From positions 1-64,000 of the forward strand of contig JYFJ02001128.1 of assembly GCA_000934665.2 (NCBI GenBank): DNA of 64,000 bases, written 5' to 3'. Below, in pieces: positions 22,448-36,500 of this stretch. Both the position numbers and the translations under genes were made by a program. The notes beneath the pieces are model-generated. The model saw only the letters and a program-made list of their open reading frames with translations. It was not told the DNA's origin and ran no database searches. Every line of letters starts with the position of its first letter. The first letter of the stretch is position 1. This DNA is from Catajapyx aquilonaris. Taxonomy: Eukaryota.

Positions 22448-24587
22448 CCTGCAGATTTCCAACAGCAACTTCTACTGCAAGGCGCATGCAGCGACTATGA
22501 CATAATATAATGCCATCTACGAAAAATAATCACTGGTGTTCGACCTTTTGACTTGTTGCTTCATTTTCAAAACTGTAGCAATGACAGAAAGGTCAAAATT
22601 ATCCACATTAGCTAATACCTATGATGAGCGATGCACAAAACATGCTCTTCATGAACCTGCACCTAGTAGAAGTCGAGGACATCATTCCAGCAGGTCAGGA
22701 AAAAGTGCAAGAAACACAAGTATTTAATAAAAAACGTTTGGCAATATTTTATTCCAAATTTCCAATGAGGATTCACACACACTATTTCAATTGGCACTAT
22801 CCTCGTGGATCATCCACTACAGTCAGGATCAATGCAATGAGTGGGTTTCAAGTGAGAAAATTGAAGTGACAAAGACTACCCAAGGAGCACGAAACAGGAC
22901 AAACATCACACGATTAGGACACTGCTTACTGAAACTCTCTGGTTACACTCCTTTAAAAAGATGTAAAGACATTTGCTTTCAAAATGGGCCTAATCTACAG
23001 TGTAAGGAAAAGTTCCAAATATACTTTTTTTTTTGGGTGTGGTTCAGTGGTATAAAAATGCAAATTAAGACACCTGTTGCAGCTTAGAATCATCTGCAAT
23101 GTTGAGACACAAGACACATTATTATGTACTCATGTTCAGACGCAAGGGTCCAAATTCTATCGACGTTTTCATACCCAGTACCAACTTGAATTTACTTCCA
23201 TCGAATCCAACTCTAAATATGGTAAAACTTCACAGGACATTACAGTCACTCACAAACCTTTGAAACTGAATATCTTGTATACTTTCTCAAATAGCTAGCG
23301 CAAAGGTGAAAATTGAGAGAAGAAAAAAACAAAGTTTGTAACTCATAAGCACTCGTGGATACAAAACACAACTCACTCATAATCCTACTTATCAGTGCAC
23401 TTCGCTAAAAATTCATCATGACTAGTTTTACCATTTGTAACTATTAAGTCTTCGGTTCACCAAATTATTTACATATTTACATCTAACCTGCAGGGCAACT
23501 CAATGGGCTGGAACCGTAAAGGTTTAGAAATAACTATACAAGGAATGCAGCTAACTCACAATATAAAAACTGAAATAATGGCTTTTAAAAAACAAATTGA
23601 AAACATAATAAGCTACTGCAATAAATCATCATTTGCAAAATGACTATGGCAATAGAACCCCCAATATTGCTGACATACATTTCCCAAGTTGGTCTGTGCA
23701 TTGTACAGACATTGGGAAACACTCTCGAAGTCAATTACTTTGCCTCACATTCCTGTGCATACACCAAGTCAGAAAAGTGAGATTACACTATTCCATTGCG
23801 CACTCTCTCCGACTGACTCATACCAATGTGGGCTATTATTACAGGAAAATGTACATGGATTGTAAATAAATTTTCACGCAATAAAATACTATGAAGGAAC
23901 TTGTGAAAATAAACCAATACATTCTGGGACTTGTACTGTGCTAAACCTCTTACACAATGAAAACAACCCAAGTATCCATAACAATTTACTTGTGCGGAGG
24001 ATTGTCTAAAATTGAATCGTGGCGACTTGGGATGTTTTTGAGCTGTAGTACTTCCTAACGAATGATTGAGATTCACTGATATGATATCCAAAACAGGGAT
24101 ATACTGAACACGTGGCACACATAAGGAGTGAATATTATTCACCTGCACATCACTCTGCATTCACCTTTGCAAATAATGGCAACTCACAAAACCATGCTCT
24201 ATGACACACTACTGTGCCTTGCTGCTTTCTTTTAGCAAAAAGAAATTACATATTTGAAATTATGGCTTGCTTAAATTCACATAACTATTGAATTCTTCTA
24301 CAAAATTCTATTCCAGAACATGCGAAATAAGAGCTAACTCCTCAGCTCCTTCTACATATACATAATGTGCGGAAATTTCAACTCTCCAATTTGCTCTTAA
24401 TAAACTCTGTTTTCTAAGCAATTCGCAAATTATAGAACTACATATGTAGTGGTAATTACGTATGTCTCCACAACAAATTCAGAATTGGCCAAGTGCTTTA
24501 CACGGTATCACATCAATTTTAACGAACAGAAGTACAAGCCACCAAATTGGAACATCACTCCTTCGGTCACTCCTCAAACACAAAATT

Positions 24588-27500
24588 TCATATGACACTG
24601 GACTGAAGCTTTGGGATGGCGTAGTTCTCCCTATGTATCCGCTTTCTCAACGTTGGCGACCTATCCTCTGGAGAAGGCGACCTGTTGTTCTCCATGCTCT
24701 CGGGAGGTGACTCCAGATGATGGTTCAGATTGTTGGGTGGGACCATGGGAGAAGCCAGTGGGGTCACTGACTTGGGAGGGAGTGGGGGAGGAGGAGGGGG
24801 AGAGGTGGAAGGGGGGCGGACTAGGAAGGAGATGGCATCGCTGTCTGGAGAGTCTGGACGAGAAGAGTTCGGCAGTTCCACGCTCACCTCCATGGAGACC
24901 AGGTCCATGCTAATTATGGCCGGAGATGAACTCTACAATATGTTGAGAGGAATGTCATCTCACCTGCTGGTTAACTTCATGCTTACGTATGTACAGTACA
25001 TGCTCATTTGCACTTATGTTCCGCTAAACAAGCTTCAGAAGCCAGTTTGCAAAGCTCTTCTTGTAATTAGGCACATTTGTGAAGCTAATGCACAAGGGAT
25101 GTTTCTTTTAATACAAGCAATTAGTTTACTTCTCCAAACCTAAACGCAATCAGATAACAACAGGATTTTCAAAAATATATCCCTCCCTGCAGGGTGAGTC
25201 AAAACTCCAGGCAACTCCTTTAGCAGTTGGATAACCTAAAGTTCTGACTCCCCCTGCATAAGAAACAGTCCCTCACTTCACAACTTGCACGTCAATTACA
25301 CTTGGACATTTTTAATTAATTCTGCAGTTTATCAAAGCTGTCATTGTTTTCCGCAGTTTTAAGCAGCATTGCATGATCAATCAGTACCACGGCGGTTCCA
25401 AGTCTTTACACTGTACTAGCCAACCAAAGATTCTGGCTGCACCAAAAGTGCTATGTACTTATGCCTTCTCCCTGCGTTATTTGATTCCTGGCTATTGATA
25501 TTGGAATGTTAAGAGGAAAATGAAGAATGCTTCCAGCTTTTCCAGTAAGCGACACAAGGTGACAATGGTGTGAATGGAATTTTCCTTGCACTCTCAAGGA
25601 GAGGCCAGAATGAATGGTTGGCCAGTAGTCAGTGAAGCAAAAAAAGGTTCTGCAGTACCGTATTACTCATCGTCAATGGGCACATTTCAGCAAAATTTCA
25701 TGCCACTAAGCCATGAGTTTCAAGACATGTAGGATTTAAATTTCCTCCAAAATATATTGCTCCTAGTGTATCAAAAAGGATCTGAAAATTTCAACAATCT
25801 TCAAAAATCACAATATTGACCCTGAAAGTTGAAATTAATCCATACTCTTATCATCTGCTTTAAAATATTAAAAAATAAAAACAATAGCTAATATTCAAAA
25901 CTGACCATGCACCTCTCTAGCTGAACTAGCCTCGTGCATGAGCCATGCTTTTGCTAATAATGGAACTACCGCAGACACTATGCCCTTTGGTAACTACTAC
26001 TGTTGTTTACCTTCTTAACAAGTCTCTTGGGTGGGGCAGGTGGAATCTGGTCTATGTCAAGTGTAAGGTGATTTGCACGCTTATCTGGTGCTGGAAAGAT
26101 TGCAACGCCTTCGTCACATTGGCAACACAAAAAAAAACCAAACCAAAAATATATTTGAAAATTTCAACAAAAGAGAAAACAAAGGATCAGTGTATATTTT
26201 CTGGGGGAGTAACCAAACTACTGGTCTAACAGGAACTTGTACATCTTGGAGAAGAGACTGCTTTTTGAAAGAGCTACAACTACGATATGACACATCCAAA
26301 AATTTACTCACTGCATCCTCTAGGAGGTAATGGAGGCGCTTCATCGCCTGATGCTTCAGACCACGAATTTCTGAGGGAATCGCAGGTTGAACTGTGAGAA
26401 TACTTGGAAAGGAGCTTTGGACTTGTGGGTTTACTCCGACAGAGTGGCTTTGGAGGACGAGGCAGCGGGAGGTCTCCTTCAACCACTTCCCTGGTAACAT
26501 TATAACAATAAAAAATCTCATCGCAGACCAGTACATAGTGGGACTAAATCCAAAACCCAAAGTCTTGCTACAGTCACATTTCCAAGTACCAAAGTACCAA
26601 ATGACCAGTGAAGAATTTGATCCTTTCTAGCTTACAATCTTATTAGTAGTCATTGTTAATGAAATCGTAACACTGGCTTCATAACCAACCTGTTTCGTCC
26701 AGCTGGTATCAAAATGTAATCTCCGCTCCTGGAAGATGGTCTGCAGCTGATTCCGGAGTCAACTGATCCTGTACTGTAGGCAATTGACTTAGGCCTTGCT
26801 TCTCTAGATGGTATGGGAGGTGGTGGGTTCACCAAACTTCTTGGAGGAGTCGCTGGAGTCTCATTTGTGGTTTCCTGAAAATAAGCACTAAGCACGTGAA
26901 ATTGTTCGGATTGACCACTTTCATAGATTTACAATCAGTCATACAATCACCTCCTAATTACATACGAGTGACTTACACTGTTCAACATTCTAGTCTTTTA
27001 CTGTCAAATGCAATGAAGTTTGAAATCATTAATTTCTGCCATAAACGATATGAAGTCACTACAATTAAATGTACAATGCATATACATATGCTTACCACTG
27101 GCTTGCTGTAAATTGCCTCATCGTCTGAAGCTGTGTCATCTGGAACCAAGTGTCCGTACATACTGCTGCTGGAAGTAGATGATCGGTTGCTGGGCGGATC
27201 AGCAGGAATCAGCTTCTTCTCAGTTGGGACTGGAGGCAGGGGAGTGCTGCAAATGTAATAGCACAATTAATTCCTTTGTCAACACTTAATAACAGGTTAA
27301 ATGGTTGCTCACTTGATGATGCTTCCTGGCTTTCTGTATTCGCTTCCGGTGTCACTGTCTGACCTCCGGAGGGTGCAAGAGCTTGCTGGTCGCAACAAGC
27401 TTGGTGACCCCGACTCCTTGATAGCTTGTTTCAGCTGATTACAGCATTCCACCAACCTCTTGTGCAAAGGCTGGACTCCAGGTGGGGCCAAACGTCCATG

Positions 27501-30500
27501 AATGCTCAAGCCTGCCTCCAGTATTTCCACCTGGAACAACGACGTCATTCTCATTTTAATTACTGCCTTACAAAGACTCTGACAATTTCTTTAAATCCAA
27601 AAGTGCATCCAACTATACCTGATCCACAATGAGTGTCCTGAGCCTGTGAATATGGTCGTTGTACTCAGGATGGTTCTTGACAAATTCTGGCTTGAAGAAA
27701 GCTTCCTGATACTTGGAGATCCCTCCCATCACATTCGCATCTATGGTCCCTTGCAGACGCATGCTCAGTGGATTTATGCTGCGATGTGGATCCGCACTGT
27801 ACTGTGAAATCAGTTGCTTCAGTTCTCTGCTCACGCTTTCCACGGTCTCACAAGCAAACTGCACAGGAGGAACCAATTCCAGGCTGCGCTCGGTAACTTC
27901 GAACCACCGCAGAATTCCCGGGAGAGGAATCCCAATGACTAGGGTGGTGCGTTCTATCCACAAGCTCTTAAATTCATTGTCCTTATCCACCGGCCCCTTG
28001 TGCACAGGGCGGTCAAACACAAAGATCTTCACATCGTTTACTTGATAAAAATTCTTGATCTTAGCAGGGACATCTAGGGCATCATCAAACATGGGATTCT
28101 CCTCAGGAATTGGCTTCACATTGCAGATCTGTATGTCTGTGTACATTGTTAAGGACCATTACCATACATTGTTGTACACATGTAATATGCCAACTAACAT
28201 GACAAAATGATTTTCATTGTTAATACCTGTCCAGGTAGTAATTAATAGCAATAAAAAGCAAGACTGAATCACACAACTTTTGCGCCATACATACAGCGCA
28301 ATATTTTTACATGACTTTTGAGCTAATTATTTTCAACTCATAGGGTTAAAAGATTAAGAGAGGTCAAAAGTGCCAAAAGGATACACTGCCCATCAGATTT
28401 GACTATGCTGTCATCAGGAGGAGTGTTTTTCATCAGAATCTGAGCTGATGGAAATTCCATCTGTAACCTTTGAGTAAATGCTTCAATCCTTTCGTATTCC
28501 AATCCTCTGTACACAAACAGCTTGTTCTGTTGAGAAAGTTAGCAGTCAGTAACATGTTATTTCAAAATAGATACCACAGATGGAAATGTGCTTACCCGAA
28601 CAAAGAGAGGGAAGCTCTGGCCGTAAAAACCAACCCTAAAATATTCCGGCTCTGGTCGGAGCTGGGTCAGTATGTTGTCGTAGAATTTTGCCTGGGTAGT
28701 CAAAATGTGGCTCAGCTTGGCATAATCAAAAAGCTTCTTCTCATACAGTTCAGCCAGCTCTTTGCACAAGGGGATACCTTTCTCCCAAAACTGCAAAATG
28801 GAGGAAAAAAATTCTGAATCTGCTCACAAGATATGCTATACTAAAAAAAGAGCCAATGTAATATACCTTTCCCTTATCGAAATACTCAATAATCTTGAGG
28901 TACAGCTGCTCCTTTCTTTGCCATTCCTGTTGTGCCGGGTAGGTCAGATCGGCATGGAGGGTCTTCTTGCTCCAAGTCAACTGATCCGCATGCAGTTTGA
29001 GGGTGAAGGCAGCTTCAGTGTAGTTTTCGGCTGGCAAGTGCAGGTCATGAAGCTTGTATATGTACCTCAGATACATCTCTTTGCGGTTGATCTCATTCTT
29101 GTAAAAGTTCTGAAGAATACATACGCAACAAATTTCAGGGAGATAACAAATATTTAAAAATCTGGCTTTGAGGCCCTCACTAATACAACAGTTCTCACCA
29201 GAAGGTTCACAGTGCAACTCATCCTTTTGTCCCTATTTTCATCTCCTTGAATAACATTTCTGTAATCCAGCAGGCGTTCCAACAAACGAGTGACTGAGTT
29301 AATGAAAGCCGCCCCACTGTCCTTCCAGGCAGGATCATTTGAACGAACCCTCTCCAACAGTCTGCGAGAAGAAAGTTAAAAGTGTTACAAAAGTTGACAA
29401 TAGGTTACAAATTCTTTAAAAAAAGCATGGTCCCAGTTGCCACTTACACTTCGCTCAAGTGTTCCCTGATTGCATGCACAAAAGAAGAGTAATCAGAACA
29501 CCACCTAGCCAACTGCACCTCGTTAAATGTTATGCACTACACTAGACACATTACACTATTAAACAGTTACACAAATGAACAACTACACAGTCACTAATGC
29601 ATAAACACTAGGTTAGATTATGGCTAACGTAGTCAATTTTGAAGTCCGATATTAATATTATTTCATTGTAGAACCAGAAATTTTGGTTATTGCTAGCCTA
29701 TAATTGTATTCAATGCTAAACTAATGCCTCCTTACATAGTATTAAAGAGCTGCCTGTACTCATCATCCCCTTTGTTCTCGCTGACCAGTATGTCCAACTT
29801 GTCAATCAGCTCGCATTCCACCTGCTTGAAATTTCCCCTGCATCGCTGCTCGCATTCCATCATGTCAAAAAAGATGTGCAGTGTTGCCTTCCTCAGGTCA
29901 GGTTCAGGAACAAGGGTCACCTCGAGGAATGGTCCCACCATGGACGGTATGAAGTCCACCTTCCGCTCCCCTAGGTTGGACCACATTGATAGGATCTGGA
30001 AGCCCATCCGGACACGCATGTCCCCGTATTTCTTTACAATCTTCTCTCGCTTGACGTCACTGAACGTCTCAAGCTGCAAGGCTGGTTGAGTCAGAAATGC
30101 AACTGCTAGGTTGAAGTAGTTGGACCATAGTTCGTTGTCAAAATGAGGCCCTTCCAAGAAGTACAAGATCAGTGGTTGAGCCAGCTCTTGAAAGGCGGAG
30201 AGTGCGACACTGTTGGTGGTCATCTGCATTGCAACCCAATCAGCAGGGAACGCCTCCTGTTTGACTAAATCATGAAACACTGAGAAGACATCTAGCAAGA
30301 AGTGTTTCATTTCCTTTCTCTCGGCAAACTCATCCCAAAGTCGCTTGTAGTGAAACTCATCCAGCAATTGCAAGAGGCCAAAGAAGCAGGCCACAAGGTT
30401 GCCCACCACAGCAGCAGATCTCTCAATGATGAGGACGGTTTGAACTAGGACATCCAGGGTGGCCACACATACAACCTCAATATCCTGGTGGATGCAGTTG

Positions 30501-33500
30501 TTGACCTTGATCTGTGACTGGGGACGGCTGTGGCGATACAGGAACTTGAGGATCTCGCCCAGAATCTCAGTGCATAAACGGAGCTCCTGGCGTTGTGCCA
30601 GGTGTGTGCGGAGATGCTTGCACAGTGTGGACAGGAGAAGGTTGCGAGATTCTGTTGACAATATTAGACATATTATATCACAACCAGGGCTGATGCTAAT
30701 GTTTGCAAATTCAAGACTATAGATTTGATGACAATCCAGCAAAACACTTCATTGTAAGTACTCACCATGATCATCAAAGAGCTTCGATGTAACCATGTGC
30801 TTTATGGCCGTGAGCTTAGCCTGAGTCAGTTGCAGTGGTGGCTCTTTTGGCAGGCTTTCCAACATGGCTGCCACCAGTTTCGCAATGTCCACCATTGGAA
30901 GTACGTGAAGAAGCTGCTCATACACAGCACTTATGCTGTGCAGCAGTGCAACCTGGACAATTAAGCATCATAAGTAGCATCAACAGTTCTTCTCATTAGC
31001 TTCGCAGCATACCTGAGTGGGAAGCACAACATCGCATGTCGATGAAAGCATTTTGTTGAAGGAGGTGAAGAGGTCAAAAAGGTCTCTCCTGAAGCTGTCC
31101 TCATACTGTCCTCCTGTGGCACGTGCAAAGAGCAGTCTGGACTGGATAATAAATTTGAATATGTACTCTAGGGAGCGGAAGCACTTCTGAATAGCCTCCT
31201 GCTTGTCCGTAGCCGGAACGAGATCAGCACAATGCTTCACACTGCTCAGGAGACCTCTAATCAGAAGAGGGGAAAAAACCAGAAATGAAATGTATATCAT
31301 TCAGCATTATTCATGCATCAGGCGGGGGAAAAAAAAACACTTACTTATACACAAGAGCAGCTGCAAAGTGTCCTGTTATGTATGCATCAATTACAGACTT
31401 GAAATGCTCGAACTTGCTGTCTTCTAACAAACTAAATACATTGACCTGAAAGTTAAGGATTGCATTAAGTCAAGGTGAGTTTATGTCTCCATCTCAGCTT
31501 TCGCAACTAACCAGAACATGAAAGACTAGCCCAGAGTGTGACGTTGAGTTTCCATCTTCAGTGGAAAACATGCTGAATAAAGCGTCCAGCATGTCCTGCA
31601 AGAATTTGACAATTTCTTCCCCATTCAGTTTGATGAGTCTGTTCAGGGTGTCTTGAATCTTGTCAGGTTGAGTCTTCCACTTCAGCAAGGACAACAAATC
31701 AACTGCAGCAAAATAATAAATTAATCAGTTTAAAATATTCATATTCAATAACACTTTCAGAAAATTGCATCCGCACCGTTTTGTGTCAGCTTCGTGGAGC
31801 AGAGCATTGTTTCCACATACAGAAATTCCTTCACACTTCGCTGAAAGTGCTGGTTCCCTATTATGGCCTCGTTGCCTTCCACCAGGCAAAAAGGTAAGGA
31901 CAGGTACAATGACGGGTCCTGTAGTTTGGTCTTGTCTTCACATTTGTACACAAACAGATCATGCTGTCCATTATGCAGAGTTGTCCCTTCTTCATCCATT
32001 AGTTTGGCAAACGCAAACCCAAACAGCCTCTTTTCATTTTTATCTCCTGAAAATATTCATTGCATTAAACACAGGAGTCTTAATAATTCTGTGTCGACAA
32101 TGATGTCAATAATGATGTACGTCATGTACTCTTACTTGAGCAATGCCTAAATTCCAGTCTTAGATGGGACCCATAAAACTTCTCGATAGGAACAGCCAGT
32201 CGGATTGTCTCTGTCCAATGAGGTGAGTTATGGTGGTAGAGAATCATCGAAAGGTACTCTGAACATCCTTCTTGTCCTGTGGCTCCCCATATGCAGTTCT
32301 TGAAAAGTGAGAAGAACTTTAAAATTCCATCCACTGGCACACAAAGTTATTCAAATCACCTCTAGAATGTTCCCTTCTGAATCCAGAAGGAGGACATTGA
32401 CTTCGATATTCTTCCCTGTTGACCTCCCGCCCTTTTCAAATTCTCCTCGGTCAATGGTTAAATACATATCATTTCTGAAACACATAATAATTGTAATATT
32501 TTACTGATTACAGTATTGTCATCTTCCAATATTGAGTGTCACCTAACCTGACATCTCCTGGCATAATCACATCTGAAAACCCAATCTTTTTGGTGAGCGA
32601 TATATTTTTGAACAGCAGCGGATTCTCCTGCCGCACTTGAGATAGTTCACCATGAAGCATTTTGAGAGACACAACAATTCCTGAAATCAAAATTGTCGTA
32701 ATCATTGTACTTGTCTCAACAATAATTTCAAAGTTGCAAGCAATACCCTACCGTAGTTTGGCTGTCCCGACACAAGGCTGTACTTGTTGCTTTGCTTCTT
32801 GATGATCAGTTCGTGCATCTGGTAGAAGTCTTTTTCCTCGCTTTGGTATACCTTGAAAGTGAATTCTCTCTCCTCCGCACCCATTTCTTTGCACATCAGG
32901 ATCTCATTTACATTGAGCACTGCACAGCCATGCGGCCTCTTGAACACTTGGGAACCAGACTTCTTGGATGAATCTGAGAACAGCATCCGTCCTATTCGCA
33001 TCACATGAGCAACCAAGTAGAGGTCCTTGTTCAGGTCTGCATTTCCCAAGTCCTAAGAAATGCCCAATTTATTAAGTACAGTAATTGAGTCACTATTAAT
33101 TTTTCAACACAGTGCACAATTTAAAACTTACAGTGAATGTCGTGCAATTGTGGTGAAGCTTCTCCACATAGTTCGAAAACCCATCCTTTGAGATCTTGAT
33201 AAGGAAGCGCTCACTGCAACAAAGTTAGCAAAACTTTCAGCACTGATGCCTAACTTCACTCAATTGCATTACGCACCTGATGTACTTGGCTTTTTTGGCA
33301 TTGTATAGCGAGAAATAAACCTCCACATCTTCGCCAACATGATACCCAAAGTGTCTCATGCAGAAGAAGAGATGATGAGTTGAAGATCTCTTCACTTCTT
33401 TCCTCTTCACAGTTCCCCTTGCCTGGAAAAAAAAGTCATTAATTAAGCCTTTGACGAAAAAGGAAAAAGTTCATTATATGCAGCGCATCACTGTGTTAAA

Positions 33501-36500
33501 AAAGTGAAGATACTTACGGAAGCTCCTTGAGAGTTTTCCGCGCTTTGGACGTGCTGGAAATGCAAATGAAAGTGAGCTTTAAGTGCACTTGACAGTCGCT
33601 TCTGTGGTAATGTAATGTGATTCAGTGCCTAATTACCACTTGATGCACTTCCACTACGCTGGTGGATGACGCATCTACCATCTCCGATCCTATGCGTGGA
33701 ACCAAGTCCAAACCCAGTTTCCTGCAACAAACCAACCAATTTAATTAATTATTAATTAATAACAATTATTATAATCATAATTGCATATGTTCGTCCAATT
33801 ATCATCCATTATTAGAAACAATTGTTCATCAACCCCCTCCAGCATTACAGTTGCGCACATTACCAAACGTGCTAATTGCTGACGTGATATCTTTGTCATT
33901 AGTAATCCAACATGTGTCATTTCGATGCCCAGTCACATCCTGTCCTCCTTACATGATTTATGAGCAAGTTCCACAACATTTTATTGCCAATTCAAGACGC
34001 CCGGAAGTTTGGCTCCTTTGTCCACTCCAGGAATTGTTCACTCCAGCAAGCCAGTTGAAACCAGAGTTTTCTTATCTTTCAGGGGTGTGTACTTGAGTGC
34101 CCTTGAGTACAAACCAAAAGCACGTGTCAGCAGCTAGGGGGCTTGCTATAAGCCTGAGGGGAGTCGGATTACCGGAATAATGAGTTCCATTTTTGGAAGA
34201 AATGTGACTAAACCAAGGGACCTTTGTACCCGAAGACACCAGAGGGGGGCTTAAGGAGGGAGGGCTGGAGAAAGTCTTTTTTGGGGGGGAGGGAGGGTTG
34301 GCGTCTTCTCCACCAACCCCTCTCACCCTTCCCCATGTGCTCACTACATTTCCCAACAGCATCAGTCAGACAGTCGCTAGCTTCGGTGTCAGTTGGGGGT
34401 TGACACATTTCTTTCAACACAACGACGCTCAAGAAAAGGGGTAAGCCACACAAAATTTGGTCAAAAAAAATTGGTGGAAATTGCTCCCTTCAAAATTCAA
34501 TTGCGGTCCTTTTATTACTGAGGGAGGGGGAGAAGGCAATTACCACACAATTGGATTAAAACCTCGTCTCTACCAGTGCTGATGTAGAGAAGTGATTTTG
34601 GGAGAGCATAGCATGAACTTTCGGAGAGATTGGTGCATTCCGGGGCCATAAGTGACGTCGTGTTTATTAATCGGGTGGAGTTTTGATAAAAAGGCCAAAT
34701 ATTTGACCAGTGTCGGACCAATGACCTGAGGCGTGTATAGTTTGGCTTCCTGGGCGTTTTTCACGTGGAGGTTAAAAGCTTTCCTTTTAAAATCACGTTG
34801 AAGGGTAGTAAATTAGATGGTTTATTGTTGGAAGTGACGGGGGATTCGTCACGTCGTTCGCTCAAAGAGTGCAGTGCTTGCAATGGCACTGAATTTCCTA
34901 GTAATTAACGGTTTTAATAATCATGTTGCACTGGGCGTCTACAGGTCGCCAAATACGTCCAATCCACCCAGCATGAATAAGTACATGCTAATTACATGCA
35001 AAAAAATTTCAAATCCGTCCCTGGACCTCTTAAAAAAATCGCCAGGCCTGCCAAGATGTAAACAAGGAAACAACCTTGAAACCTTGCTGAAATTACAGCC
35101 CCAATTTTTGCAAAACACTTGCATCATTATGTTAGCCCCAGCCAGGATGCCACTACTTGATACCACGATTGGATGAGCACCGTTGCAGATTGTCTCAGAG
35201 TTCGACCTCGTGTAACAGCCCTCCCCAGCATCAGCTGCATATCTTCTGAGAGCTGGTTGGATGGTAGGTTTTGGTGCAACGGCAGCAGGAGTCTGAGGCC
35301 GAGCCTTTTTGAAAGGCCCTAAGGCCAGACACGTTTTAGTACCCAGCCAACCACCAACCTGTTTTCTTCGGACAAATTCAGCCTACGTCACTTCATTCCT
35401 AAAGTCTCTCCCCAAATTTTTTTTTTCTCATAAACCTCAGTGGAATCCGGCTGCTGGACGTGGTTAGTGTGTGAACAGTGTGTGTGCTAGTTGTTATCTA
35501 TGTGCAAGTCTAACAATTGGGCATTAGCAAGTCGGCCTTAATAACCGCTCGCAAATGAGGCTATTATCGGCCTTGACTTTTGATTGAGGCATGTGACCCC
35601 ACCACAGTCTGACATATCCCTTTGCCAGCTACATATTAGCATAACTAACCACGTGTTAGTATGTAAAATGTAATCGACTGATTGTCTCCCAGCCCCACTT
35701 AATGTATGTTGAGGTTCAAAGTCCTCGGGAGCCACGGTGCGTGAAAACGAGTGCAGTGGGTGCAACCAGTAGGAAAATTACTTTTAGAGAGAGAGGCAAA
35801 AGTACACAAGAATGTCCCTACAAAATGGCGCCAACAGTACACTTCCATCCAAGGACCAGGAAGGTGCAAAAAAAGAAAGAAAGAAGACTGTTTAAACCGG
35901 TCCTGTCTAAGCGATCACCGCACCTTGCACGGAACACAATGGCGACTTGCTCCAGTGGTCAGCGTCCTTGGTTTATTCGCACCTTATTCTCATCATTAAA
36001 TTCACACATAAAAATACGAGCTCTGCTATATTACAATGTAATCTCAGTGTTACATCCTGTGCCCACACACACTTATGTACTGTACGAGGCTTATAATGCG
36101 ACGCTTCATTTCTGCACAAGCAGCTCCAGACGCTTCCATAAAAATCGAGAGTATCTGGAGGGTCATACGTGTGGTCACCTCTTATCAGGAAATGTCCTCA
36201 GTAAACCTTGACCCCGCGATCATTTTTTTTTCCTGGATCGTGTCTGGTCCAATGGCGCAATATCCGCACCACCTGTAAAATCTATTAATAAAATGCGCTT
36301 TAAAGAATTCATTCCCGCACTCCCTCCTGTCAGCTTATTTGATGTTGGAGTTGTGTACTTTTCGAGGTCACCTCATTACATCATACATGTGCAGTCTGTG
36401 CTCATCAGCGTGTCGAGTTACAAGTGTCCCTCAGGGCTGGTTGCACCAACTGATTTTTTTTACTCGGTTGTTGTGTAGTTTCAGTTTAACTTAACGTACA

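Noticed and set aside
22600..24587. ORFs downstream of the DOCK stop
   Set aside because: AT-rich, consistent with DOCK 3'UTR (candidate AATAAA at ~22750).
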